DNA from: Eledone cirrhosa
Taxonomy: Eukaryota
Direction: 5' to 3'
Length of the DNA: 64,000 bases
Assembly: GCA_964016885.1 (NCBI GenBank)
Contig: OZ024740.1
Coordinates: forward strand, 15,872,001-15,936,000
The notes beneath the pieces were generated by a model. The model made no database searches. It saw only the letters and a list, made by a program, of their open reading frames with translations, and was not told where the DNA came from. A program made the position numbers and the translations under genes. Each line of letters starts with the position of its first letter. Within the stretch, counting starts at the first letter, position 1. This document shows, piece by piece, positions 1 to 13,600 of the stretch.

Positions 1-30
1 AGCGATATATATATATATGTGTGTGTGGGT

Positions 31-167
31 ATATTTATTAAAATAACAAATTAAAGTTTAAGCAAAGAATCGCTGCTTTCACCCTTAACGGGATCTTCAG
101 AAGATCCCGTTAAGGGTGAAAGCAACGATTCTTTGCTTAAACTTTAATCTATTATTTTAATAAATAT
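31..167. repeat. Near-perfect inverted repeat (68-bp arms, 1-nt centre at 99), probably an inverted PLE pseudo-LTR fragment
   Basis: Arm 31-98 is the reverse complement of 100-167 with 3 mismatches. Minus strand from 100 reads CTGAAGA-TCCC-GTTAA-GGGT-GAAAGC, a hammerhead-like core. Inverted pLTR structures are typical of PLEs. Confidence 0.8.
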
Positions 168-254
168 TTGCTCTACGGTTCTTATATATTTGATATATAT
201 ATTTATCCTTATCTTTGGATTTTAGTCTTCAAATTTATTATTATTACTTTATAT

Positions 255-422
255 AGTATGATAGAATAGAAAACGAAATATATATATATATATATAGAAT
301 AGAAAACGAAATATATATATATATATAGAATAGAAAACGAAATATATATATATATAGAATAGAAAACGAAAAATCAGTGATGCATCTGAACTCTAATTTT
401 TCGTTTTCTATTCTATCATACT
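255..422. repeat. Four tandem TAGAATAGAAAACGAAA(TA)n units plus an inverted copy
   Basis: AGTATGATAGAATAGAAAACGAAA at 255-278, with the core repeated to ~374. Reverse complement ATTTTTCGTTTTCTATTCTATCATACT at 396-422. Confidence 0.85.
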
Positions 423-488
423 CTGCTCTGTAAGAGCATAGCGTGCTCAACCGGCATATCGCCTATGGAAGCATCTTAGCTACCATCA

Positions 489-489
<1 letters not shown>

Positions 490-570
<81 letters not shown>
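490..570. repeat. (CA)n-(TA)n compound microsatellite
   Basis: Direct reading. Confidence 0.95.
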
Positions 571-573
<3 letters not shown>

Positions 574-692
574 AGAAAGAGAAATATTGACTGGCATGCC
601 TACCCAGATATTCATTGTGTGTTATAGAGATATAACCCAATATACATACACATCATATCCCCCCCCCCCTCCTTCCTGCAGTATAGCCTTAC

Positions 693-890
693 CTTGCAAC
701 TGGAAGCCTGTTTCCTTGAAAACTTCTCGAAATCTGACGATATCACTTTTAGTAACTAGAAGAAAGTTCGAGATGTTCTATACCATCACGGTGTCTTCCG
801 TATGTGCCGACGCAGCCCTTCCACGCCCCAGTTCGAAAGTGTTAACATATCGCAAACCCATCATTAGACAGGGCATTCCAAGACCTCCAC
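693..890 (-). other. Candidate 198-bp spliced exon (non-coding or pseudo-exon)
   Basis: Minus strand shows acceptor CTAATATAAACATTTTCTAG|G and donor CAAG|GTAAGG. Length is a multiple of 3 (phase 1-1). The best frame has one TAG (780-778). Confidence 0.4.
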
Positions 891-1063
891 CTAGAAAATG
901 TTTATATTAGATAGATCTACTATCCATCCCAGGAAGTGAAAGATCAGATGCTCCATTCTGGTGATGTAGTTTGGAATAAGGCATAATGTATGTATGGTGC
1001 CGTAACACCTGATAGAGTTGTAGGGACGCCGCTGTATTGACGGTGTTTCTTGGACATTTTACG

Positions 1064-1114
1064 CCTGGCGGAGCCCATCCCTCTCCATGTCTGAATACAG
1101 CAGATTTCTTCCAG
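1064..1114 (-). repeat. Dispersed repeat segment, homologous to 23332-23377 (+)
   Basis: Minus CTGGAAGAAATCTGCTGTATTCAGACATGGAGAGGGATGGGCTCCGCCAGG versus plus CTGGAAGAAATCTGGAGTATTCAGACCTGAGGGGGGCTCCACCAGG. Confidence 0.75.
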
Positions 1115-1147
1115 AGGAAGGAAATGCAAAAGAGATATAGAGGAACA

Positions 1148-1297
1148 ATTGACCCCAGTATTAGACTGGTACCCCAGTATTAGATTTGTACCCCAGTATT
1201 AGACTGGCAAAGTTAACCTCGGTAGGATTTGAACTCAGGGAGCAGACAGCCGGAACGAACACCATAAAGTATTCTATCGGACTAACGACTCTGATAA
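1148..1297 (-). mobile_element. tRNA-derived SINE copy (octopus-type), internally deleted, with a 3x19-bp tandem duplication
   Basis: Minus strand CTGAGTTCAAATCCTACCGAGGTTAACTTTGCC (B-box-like GTTCAAAT) matches the copies at 1311-1493 and 23203-23311. ACCCCAGTATTAGACTGGT occurs x3 at 1152-1208. Confidence 0.75.
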
Positions 1298-1310
1298 GGT
1301 ACACTAGTCA

Positions 1311-1493
1311 GGCGTTGGCTGTATCGGTAGAGAGTCGGACGCCATGCTTTCCTGCATAGAGTTACGGCCCTTGATATTCTGAGTGCAAATCCCGCCGAGG
1401 TTAACTTTGCCATTCATCCTTACGGGGTCGATAAAATAAAGTACCAGTAATGTACTGCGTAATTGCTGGCCTTGTGCCAAAAGTAGAAACAAT
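1311..1493 (+). mobile_element. tRNA-derived SINE copy (octopus-type)
   Basis: CTGAGTGCAAATCCCGCCGAGGTTAACTTTGCCATTCATCCTTACGGGGTCGATAAAATAAAGTACCAG resembles a conserved SINE core recalled as abundant in Octopus. Family name not assigned. Confidence 0.8.
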
Positions 1494-1640
1494 TAGTGTA
1501 TATTACTGAAGCGATGGAGACGTCCGACCATCTCTCCTTCACCTTTTGTAACAACATTCTCTCAGCCGATATCTAGATCCCAGTACTTATCTACTGGAAA
1601 TTCCGACTGAAATGGAAGCCAAGTTCCTTTCAATGGACCA

Positions 1641-4600
1641 TCACAGTCAAACTACACTGTCCAGTGACATGGGCTATAAGCAACATGGATGGCCGTCACA
1701 ATCAAACTACACTGTCCAGTGACATGGGCTATAAGCAACATGGATGGCCGTCACAGTCAAACTACACTGTCCAGTGACATGGGCTATAAGCAACATGGAT
1801 GGCCGTCACAATCAAACTACACTGTCCAGTGACATGGGCTATAAGCAACATGGATGGCCGTCACAATCAAACTACACTGTCCAGTGACATGGGCTATAAG
1901 CAACATGGATGGCCGTCACAATCAAACTACACTATCCAGTGACATGGGCTATAAGCAACATGGATGGCCCTCACAGTCAATCTACACTGTCCAGTGACAT
2001 GGGCTATAAGCAACATGGATGGCCGTCACAATTAAACTACACTGTCCAGTGACATGCGCTATAAGCAACATGGATGGCCGTCACAATCAAACTACACTGT
2101 CCAGTGACATGGGCTATAAGCAACATGGATGGCCCTCACAGTCAATCTACACTGTCCAGTGACATGGGCTATAAGCAACATGGATGGCCGTCATGTCAAT
2201 CTACACTGTCCAGTGACATGGGCTATAAGCAACATGGATGGCCGTCACAGTCAAACTACACTGTCGAGTGACATGGGCTATAAGCAACATGGATGGCCCT
2301 CACAGTCAATCTACACTGTCCAGTGACATGGGCTATAAGCAACATGGATGGCCCTCACAGTCAAACTACACTGTCCAGTGACATGGGCTATAAGCAACAT
2401 GGATGGCCCTCACAGTAAAACTACACTGTCCAGTGACATGGGCTATAAGCAACATGGATGGCCCTCACAATCAAACTACACTGTCCAGTGACATGGGCTA
2501 TAAGCAACATGGATGGCCGTCACAATCAAACTACACTGTCCAGTGACATGGGCTATAAGCAACATGGATGGCCCTCACAATCAAACTACACTGTCCAGTG
2601 ACATGGGCTATAGGCAACATGGATGGCCGTCACAATCAGACTACACTGTCCAGTGACATGGGCTATAAGCAACATGGATGGCCGTCACAATTAAACTACA
2701 CTGTCCAGTGACATGGGCTATAAGCAACATGGATGGCCGTCACAGTCAAACTACACTGTCCAGTGACATGGGCTATAAGCAACATGGATGGCCGTCACAG
2801 TCAAACTACACTGTCCAGTGACATGGGCTATAAGCAACATGGATGGCCCTCACAATCAAACTACACTGTCCAGTGACATGGGTTATAAGCAACATGGATG
2901 GCCGTCACAATCAAACTACACTGTCCAGTGACATGGGCTATAAGCAACATGGATGGCCCTCACAATCAAACTACACTGTCCAGTGACATGGGCTATAGGC
3001 AACATGGATGGCCGTCACAATCAAACTACACTGTCCAGTGACATGGGCTATAAGCAACATGGATGGCCGTCACAATTAAACTACACTGTCCAGTGACATG
3101 GGCTATAAGCAACATGGATGGCCTTCACAGTCAAACTACACTGTCCAGTGACATGGGCTATAAGCAACATGGATGGCCGTCACACTCAAACTACACTGTC
3201 CAGTGACATGGGCTATAAGCAACATGGATAGCCGTCACAATTAAACTACACTGTCCAGTGACATGGGCTATAAGCAACATGGATGGCCGTCACAATTAAA
3301 CTACACTGTCCAGTGACATGGGCTATAAGCAACATGTATGGCCGTCACAGTCAAACTACACTGTCCAGTGACATGGGCTATAAGCAACATGGATGGCCGA
3401 CACAGTCAAACTACACTGTCCAGTGACATGGGCTATAAGCAACATGGATGGCCGTCACAGTCAAACTACACTGTCCAGTGACATGGGCTAAAGGCAACAT
3501 GGATGGCCCTCACAGTCAATCTACACTGTCCAGTGACATGGGCTATAAGCAACATGGATTGCCGTCACAATTAAACTACACTGTCCAGTGACATGGGCTA
3601 TAAGCAACATGGATGGCCGTCACAGTCAATCTACACTGTCCAGTGACATGGGCTATATGCAATATGGATGGCCGTCACAGTCAAACTACACTGTCCAGTG
3701 ACATGGGCTATAAGCAACATGGATGGCCCTCACAGTCAATCTACACTGTCCAGTGACATGGGCTATAAGCAACATGGATGGCCCTCACAGTCAAACTACA
3801 CTGTCCAGTGACATGGGCTATAAGCAACATGGATGGCCCTCACAGTAAAACTACACTGTCCAGTGACATGGGCTATAAGCAACATGGATGGCCGTCACAA
3901 TCAAACTACACTGTCCAGTGACATGGGCTATAAGCAACATGGATGGCCCTCACAATCAAACTACACTGTCCAGTGACATGGGCTATAGGCAACATGGATG
4001 GCCGTCACAATCAAACTACACTGTCCAGTGACATGGGCTATAAGCAACATGGATGGCCGTCACAATTAAACTACACTTTCCAGTGACATGGGCTATAAGC
4101 AACATGGATGGCCGTCACAGTCAAACTACACTGTCCAGTGACATGGGCTATAAGCAACATGGATGGCCGTCACAATCAAACTACACTGTCCAGTGACATG
4201 GGCTATAAGCAACATGGATGGCCGTCACAATCAGACTACACTGTCCAGTGACATGGGCTATAAGCAACATGGATGGCCTTCACAGTCAAACTACACTGTC
4301 CAGTGACATGGGCTATAAGCAACATGGATGGCCGTCACAATCAAACTACACTGTCCAGTGACATGGGCTATAAGCAACATGGATGTCCGTCACAATTAAA
4401 CTACACTGTCCAGTGACATGGGCTAAAGGCAACATGGATGGCCCTCACAGTCAAACTACACTGTCCAGTGACATGGGCTATAAGCAACATGGATTGCCGT
4501 CACAATTAAACTACACTGTCCAGTGACATGGGCTATAAGCAACATGGATGGCCGTCACAGTCAATCTACACTGTCCAGTGACATGGGCTATATGCAATAT

Positions 4601-7600
4601 GGATGGCCGTCACAGTCAAACTACACTGTCAAGTGACATGGGCTATAAGCAACATGGATGGCCCTCACAGTAAATCTACACTGTCCAGTGACATGGGCTA
4701 TAAGCAACATGGATGGCCCTCACAGTCAAACTACACTGTCCAGTGACATGGGCTATAAGCAACATGGATGGCCGTCACAATCAAACTACACTGTCCAGTG
4801 ACATGGGCTATAAGCAACATGGATGGCCGTCACAATCAAACTACACTGTCCAGTGACATGGGCTATAAGCAACATGGATGGCCTTTACAATTAAACTACA
4901 CTGTCCAGTGACATGGGCTATAAGCAACATGGATGGCCGTCACAGTCAAACTACACTGTCAAGTGACATGGGCTATAAGCAACATGGATGGCCCTCACAG
5001 TAAATCTACACTGTCCAGTGACATGGGCTATAAGCAACATGGATGGCCCTCACAGTCAAACTACACTGTCCAGTGACATGGGCTATAAGCAACATGGATG
5101 GCCGTCACAATCAAACTACACTGTCCAGTGACATGGGCTATAAGCAACATGGATGGCCGTCACAATCAAACTACACTGTCCAGTGACATGGGCTATAAGC
5201 AACATGGATGGCCTTTACAATTAAACTACACTGTCCAGTGACATGGGCTATAAACAACATGGATGGCCCTCACAGTAAAACTACACTGTCCAGTGACATG
5301 GGCTATCAGCAACATGGATGGCCGTCACAATCAAACTACACTGTCGAGTGACATGGGCTATAGGCAACATGGATGGCCGTCACAATCAAACTACACTGTC
5401 CAGTGACATGGGCTATATGCAACATGGTTGGCCGTCACAATCAAACTACACTATCCAGTGACATGGGCTATAAGCAACATGGATGGCCCTCACAGTCAAT
5501 CTACACTGTCCAGTGACATGGGCTATAAGCAACATGGATGGCCGTCACAATTAAACTACACTGTCCAGTGACATGGGCTATAAGCAACATGGATGGCCGT
5601 CACAATCAAACTACACTGTCCAGTGACATGGGCTATAAGCAACATGGATGGCCCTCACAGTCAATCTACACTGTCCAGTGACATGGGCTATAAGCAACAT
5701 GGATGGCCGTCACAGTCAATCTACACTGTCCAGTGACATGGGCTATAAGCAACATGGATGGCCGTCACAGTCAAACTACACTGTCCAGTGACATGGGCTA
5801 TAAGCAACATGGATGGCCGTCACAATTAAACTACACTGTCCAGTGACATGGGCTATAAGCAACATGGATGGCCCTCACAGTCAAACTACACTGTCCAGTG
5901 ACATGGGCTATAAGCAACATGGATGGCCGTCACAGTCAATCTACACTGTCCAGTGACATGGGCTATAAGCAACATGGATGGCCCTCACAGTCAAACTACA
6001 CTGTCCAGTGACATGGGCTATAAGCAACATGGATGGCCGTCACAGTCAAACTACACTGTCCAGTGACATGGGCTATAAGCAACATGGATGGCCGTCACAG
6101 TCAATCTACACTGTCCAGTGACATGGGCTATAAGCAACATGGATAGCCGTCACAATTAAACTACACTGTCCAGTGACATGGGCTATAAGCAACATGGATG
6201 GCCTTCACAGTCAAACTACACTGTCCAGTGACATGGGCTATAAGCAACATGGATGGCCGTCACAATCAAACTACACTGTCCAGTGACATGGGCTATAAGC
6301 AACATGGATGGCCGTCACAATTAAACTACACTGTCCAGTGACATGGGCTATAAGCAACATGGATGGCCGTCACAATTAAACTACACTGTCCAGTGACATG
6401 GGCTATAAGCACCATGGATGGTCGTCACAGTCAAACTACACTGTCCAGTGACATGGGCTATAAGCAACATGGATGGCCGTCACAGTCAATCTACACTGTC
6501 CAGTGACATGGGCTATAAGCAACATGGATGGCCGTCACAATCAATCTACACTGTCCAGTGACATGGGCTATAAGGAACATGGATGGCCGTCACAGTCAAA
6601 CTACACTGTCCAGTGACATGGGCTATAAGCAACATGGATGGCCGTCACAGTCAAACTACACTGTCCAGTGACATGGGCTATAAGCAACATGGATGGCCGT
6701 CACAGTCAAACTACACTGTCCAGTGACATGGGCTAAAGGCAACATGGATGGCCCTCACAGTCAAACTACACTGTCCAGTGACATGGGCTATAAGCAACAT
6801 GGATGGCCGTCACAGTCAATCTACAATGTCCAGTGACATGGGCTATATGCAACATGGATGGCCGTCACAGACAAACTACACTGTCCAGTGACATGGGCTA
6901 TAAGCAACATGGATGGCCGTCACAATTAAACTACACTGTCCAGTGACATGGGCTATAAGCAACATGGATGGCCGTCACAGTCAAACTACACTGTCGAGTG
7001 ACATGGGCTATAAGCAACATGGATGGCCCTCACAGTCAATCTACACTGTCCAGTGACATGGGCTATAAGCAACATGGATGGCCCTCACAGTCAAACTACA
7101 CTGTCCAGTGACATGGGCTATAAGCAACATGGATGGCCGTCACAATCAAACTACACTGTCCAGTGACATGGGCTATAAGCAACATGGATGGCCGTCACAA
7201 TCAAACTACACTGTCCAGTGACATGGGCTATAAGCAACATGGATGGCCGTCACAATTAAACTACACTGTCCAGTGACATGGGCTATAATCAACATGGATG
7301 GCCCTCACAGTAAAACTACACTGTCCAGTGACATGGGCTATAAGCAACATGGATGGCCGTCACAATCAAACTACACTGTCCAGTGACATGGGCTATAAGC
7401 AACATGGATGTCCGTCACAATTAAACTACACTGTCCAGTGACATGGGCTAAAGGCAACATGGATGGCCCTCACAGTCAAACTACACTGTCCAGTGACATG
7501 GGCTATAAGCAACATGGATTGCCGTCACAATTAAACTACACTGTCCAGTGACATGGGCTATAAGCAACATGGATGGCCGTCACAGTCAATCTACACTGTC

Positions 7601-10600
7601 CAGTGACATGGGCTATATGCAATATGGATGGCCGTCACAGTCAAACTACACTGTCAAGTGACATGGGCTATAAGCAACATGGATGGCCCTCACAGTAAAT
7701 CTACACTGTCCAGTGACATGGGCTATAAGCAACATGGATGGCCCTCACAGTCAAACTACACTGTCCAGTGACATGGGCTATAAGCAACATGGATGGCCGT
7801 CACAATCAAACTACACTGTCCAGTGACATGGGCTATAAGCAACATGGATGGCCTTTACAATTAAACTACACTGTCCAGTGACATGGGCTATAAGCAACAT
7901 GGATGGCCGTCACAGTCAAACTACACTGTCAAGTGAAATGGGCTATAAGCAACATGGATGGCCCTCACAGTAAATCTACACTGTCCAGTGACATGGGCTA
8001 TAAGCAACATGGATGGCCCTCACAGTCAAACTACACTGTCCAGTGACATGGGCTATAAGCAACATGGATGGCCGTCACAATCAAACTACACTGTACAGTG
8101 ACATGGGCTATAAGCAACATGGATGGCCGTCACAATCAAACTACACTGTCCAGTGACATGGGCTATAAGCAACATGGATGGCCTTTACAATTAAACTACA
8201 CTGTCCAGTGACATGGGCTATAAACAACATGGATGGCCCTCACAGTAAAACTACACTGTCCAGTGACATGGGCTATCAGCAACATGGATGGCCGTCACAA
8301 TCAAACTACACTGTCGAGTGACATGGGCTATAAGCAACATGGATGGCCCTCACAGTCAATCTACACTGTCCAGTGACATGGGCTATAAGCAACATGGATG
8401 GCCGTCACAATTAAATTACACTGTCCAGTGACATGGGCTATAAGCAACATGGATGGCCGTCACAATCAAACTACACTGTCCAGTGACATGGGCTATAAGC
8501 AACATGGATGGCCCTCACAGTCAATCTACACTGTCCAGTGACATGGGCTATAAGCAACATGGATGGCCGTCACAGTCAATCTACACTGTCCAGTGACATG
8601 GGCTATAAGCAACATGGATGGCCGTCACAGTCAAACTACACTGTCCAGTGACATGGGCTATAAGCAACATGGATGGCCGTCACAATTAAACTACACTGTC
8701 CAGTGACATGGGCTATAAGCAACATGGATGGCCCTCACAGTCAAACTACACTGTCCAGTGACATGGGCTATAAGCAACATGGATGGCCGTCACAGTCAAT
8801 CTACACTGTCCAGTGACATGGGCTATAAGCAACATGGATGGCCCTCACAGTCAAACTACACTGTCCAGTGACATGGGCTATAAGCAACATGGATGGCCGT
8901 CACAGTCAAACTACACTGTCCAGTGACATGGGCTATAAGCAACATGGATGGCCGTCACAGTCAATCTACACTGTCCAGTGACATGGGCTATAAGCAACAT
9001 GGATGGCCGTCACAATTAAACTACACTGTCCAGTGACATGGGCTATAAGCAACATGGATGGCCTTCACAGTCAAACTACACTGTCCAGTGACATGGGCTA
9101 TAAGCAACATGGATGGCCGTCACAATCAAACTACACTGTCCAGTGACATGGGCTATAAGCAACATGGATGGCCGTCACAATTAAACTACACTGTCCAGTG
9201 ACATGGGCTATAAGCACCATGGATGGTCGTCACAGTCAAACTACACTGTCCAGTGACATGGGCTATAAGCAACATGGATGGCCGTCACAGTCAATCTACA
9301 CTGTCCAGTGACATGGGCTATAAGCAACATGGATGGCCGTCACAATCAATCTACACTGTCCAGTGACATGGGCTATAAGGAACATGGATGGCCGTCACAG
9401 TCAAACTACACTGTCCAGTGACATGGGCTATAAGCAACATGGATGGCCGTCACAGTCAAACTACACTGTCCAGTGACATGGGCTATAAGCAACATGGATG
9501 GCCGTCACAGTCAAACTACACTGTCCAGTGACATGGGCTAAAGGCAACATGGATGGCCCTCACAGTCAAACTACACTGTCCAGTGACATGGGCTATAAGC
9601 AACATGGATGGCCGTCACAGTCAATCTACAATGTCCAGTGACATGGGCTATATGCAACATGGATGGCCGTCACAGACAAACTACACTGTCCAGTGACATG
9701 GGCTATAAGCAACATGGATGGCCGTCACAATTAAACTACACTGTCGAGTGACATGGGCTATAAGCAACATGGATGGCCCTCACAGTCAATCTACACTGTC
9801 CAGTGACATGGGCTATAAGCAACATGGATGGCCCTCACAGTCAAACTACACTGTCCAGTGACATGGGCTATAAGCAACATGGATGGCCGTCACAATCAAA
9901 CTACACTGTCCAGTGACATGGGCTATAAGCAACATGGATGGCCGTCACAATCAAACTACACTGTCCAGTGACATGGGCTATAAGCAACATGGATGGCCGT
10001 CACAATTAAACTACACTGTCCAGTGACATGGGCTATAATCAACATGGATGGCCCTCACAGTAAAACTACACTGTCCAGTGACATGGGCTATAAGCAACAT
10101 GGATGGCCGTCACAATCAAACTACACTGTCCAGTGACATGGGCTATAAGCAACATGGATGTCCGTCACAATTAAACTACACTGTCCAGTGACATGGGCTA
10201 AAGGCAACATGGATGGCCCTCACATTCAAACTACACTGTCCAGTGACATGGGCTATAAGCAACATGGATTGCCGTCACAATTAAACTACACTGTCCAGTG
10301 ACATGTGCTATAAGCAACATGGATGGCCGTCACAGTCAATCTACACTGTCCAGTGACATGGGCTATATGCAATATGGATGGCCGTCACAGTCAAACTACA
10401 CTGTCAAGTGACATGGGCTATAAGCAACATGGATGGCCCTCACAGTAAATCTACACTGTCCAGTGACATGGGCTATAAGCAACATGGATGGCCCTCACAG
10501 TCAAACTACACTGTCCAGTGACATGGGCTATAAGCAACATGGATGGCCGTCACAATCAAACTACACTGTCCAGTGACATGGGCTATAAGCAACATGGATG

Positions 10601-13600
10601 GCCTTTACAATTAAACTACACTGTCCAGTGACATGGGCTATAAGCAACATGGATGGCCGTCACAGTCAAACTACACTGTCAAGTGAAATGGGCTATAAGC
10701 AACATGGATGGCCCTCACAGTAAATCTACACTGTCCAGTGACATGGGCTATAAGCAACATGGATGGCCCTCACAGTCAAACTACACTGTCCAGTGACATG
10801 GGCTATAAGCAACATGGATGGCCGTCACAATCAAACTACACTGTCCAGTGACATGGGCTATAAGCAACATGGATGGCCGTCACAATCAAACTACACTGTC
10901 CAGTGACATGGGCTATAAGCAACATGGATGGCCTTTACAATTAAACTACACTGTCCAGTGACATGGGCTATAAACAACATGGATGGCCCTCACAGTAAAA
11001 CTACACTGTCCAGTGACATGGGCTATCAGCAACATGGATGGCCGTCACAATCAAACTACACTGTCGAGTTACATGGGCTATAGGCAACATGGATGGCCGT
11101 CACAATCAAACTACACTGTCCAGTGACATGGGCTATATGCAACATGGATGGCCGTCACAATCAAACTACACTATCCAGTGACATGGGCTATAAGCAACAT
11201 GGATGGCCCTCACAGTCAATCTACACTGTCCAGTGACATGGGCTATAAGCAACATGGATGGCCGTCACAATTAAACTACACTGTCCAGTGACATGGGCTA
11301 TAAGCAACATGGATGGCCGTCACAATCAAACTACACTGTCCAGTGACATGGGCTATAAGCAACATGGATGGCCCTCACAGTCAATCTACACTGTCCAGTG
11401 ACATGGGCTATAAGCAACATGGATGGCCGTCACAGTCAATCTACACTGTCCAGTGACATGGGCTATAAGCAACATGGATGGCCGTCACAGTCAAACTACA
11501 CTGTCCAGTGACATGGGCTATAAGCAACATGGATGGCCGTCACAATTAAACTACACTGTCCAGTGACATGGGCTATAAGCAACATGGATGGCCCTCACAG
11601 TCAAACTACACTGTCCAGTGACATGGGCTATAAGCAACATGGATGGCCGTCACAGTCAATCTACACTGTCCAGTGACATGGGCTATAAGCAACATGGATG
11701 GCCCTCACAGTCAAACTACACTGTCCAGTGACATGGGCTATAAGCAACATGGATGGCCGTCACAGTCAAACTACACTGTCCAGTGACATGGGCTATAAGC
11801 AACATGGATGGCCGTCACAGTCAATCTACACTGTCCAGTGACATGGGCTATAAGCAACATGGATGGCCGTCACAATTAAACTACACTGTCCAGTGACATG
11901 AGCTATAAGCAACATGGATGGCCTTCACAGTCAAACTACACTGTCCAGTGACATGGGCTATAAGCAACATGGATGGCCGTCACAATCAAACTACACTGTC
12001 CAGTGACATGGGCTATAAGCAACATGGATGGCCGTCACAATTAAACTACACTGTCCAGTGACATGGGCTATAAGCAACATGGATGGCCGTCACAATTAAA
12101 CTACACTGTCCAGTGACATGGGCTATAAGCAACATGGATGGCCGTCACAGTCAAACTACACTGTCCAGTGACATGGGCTATAAGCAACATGGATGGCCGT
12201 CACAGTCAATCTACACTGTCCAGTGACATGGGCTATAAGCAACATGGATGGCCGTCACAATCAATCTACACTGTCCAGTGACATGGGCTATAAGGAACAT
12301 GGATGGCCGTCACAGTCAAACTACACTGTCCAGTGACATGGGCTATAAGCAACATGGATGGCCGTCACAGTCAAACTACACTGTCCAGTGACATGGGCTA
12401 TAAGCAACATGGATGGCCGTCACAATCAAACTACACTGTCCAGTGACATGGGCTATAAGCAACATGGATGGCCCTCACAATCAAACTACACTGTCCAGTG
12501 ACATGGGCTATAAGCAACATGGATGGCCGTCACAATCAAACTACACTGTCCAGTGACATGGGCTATAAGCAACATGGATGGCCCTCACAATCAAACTACA
12601 CTGTCCAGTGACATGGGCTATAGGCAACATGGATGGCCGTCACAATCAAACTACACTGTCCAGTGACATGGGCTATAAGCAACATGGATGGCCGTCACAA
12701 TTAAACTACACTTTCCAGTGACATGGGCTATAAGCAACATGGATGGCCCTCACAGTCAAACTACACTGTCCAGTGACATGGGCTATAAGCAACATGGATG
12801 GCCGTCACAATCAAACTACACTGTCCAGTGACATGGGCTATAAGCAACATGGATGGCCGTCACAATTAAACTACACTGTCCAGTGACATGGGCTATAATC
12901 AACATGGATGGCCCTCACAGTAAAACTACACTGTCCAGTGACATGGGCTATAAGCAACATGGATGGCCGTCACAATCAAACTACACTGTCCAGTGACATG
13001 GGCTATAAGCAACATGGATGGCCGTCACAATCAAACTACACTGTCCAGTGACATGGGCTATAAGCAACATGGATGGCCCTCACAGTCAATCTACACTGTC
13101 CAGTGACATGGGCTATAAGCAACATGGATGGCCGTCACAATTAAACTACACTGTCCAGTGACATGGGCTATAAGCAACATGGATGGCCGTCACAATCAAA
13201 CTACACTGTCCAGTGACATGGGCTATAAGCAACATGGATGGCCCTCACAGTCAATCTACACTGTCCAGTGACATGGGCTATAAGCAACATGGATGGCCGT
13301 CATGTCAATCTACACTGTCCAGTGACATGGGCTATAAGCAACATGGATGGCCGTCACAGTCAAACTACACTGTCGAGTGACATGGGCTATAAGCAACATG
13401 GATGGCCCTCACAGTCAATCTACACTGTCCAGTGACATGGGCTATAAGCAACATGGATGGCCCTCACAGTCAAACTACACTGTCCAGTGACATGGGCTAT
13501 AAGCAACATGGATGGCCGTCACAGTCAAACTACACTGTCCAGTGACATGGGCTATAAGCAACATGGATGGCCGTCACAATCAAACTACACTGTCCAGTGA

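Noticed and set aside
587-910. 107-aa plus-strand ORF
   Set aside because: Non-ATG start, spans a C homopolymer and has no recognisable domain. Splice signals favour the opposite strand.
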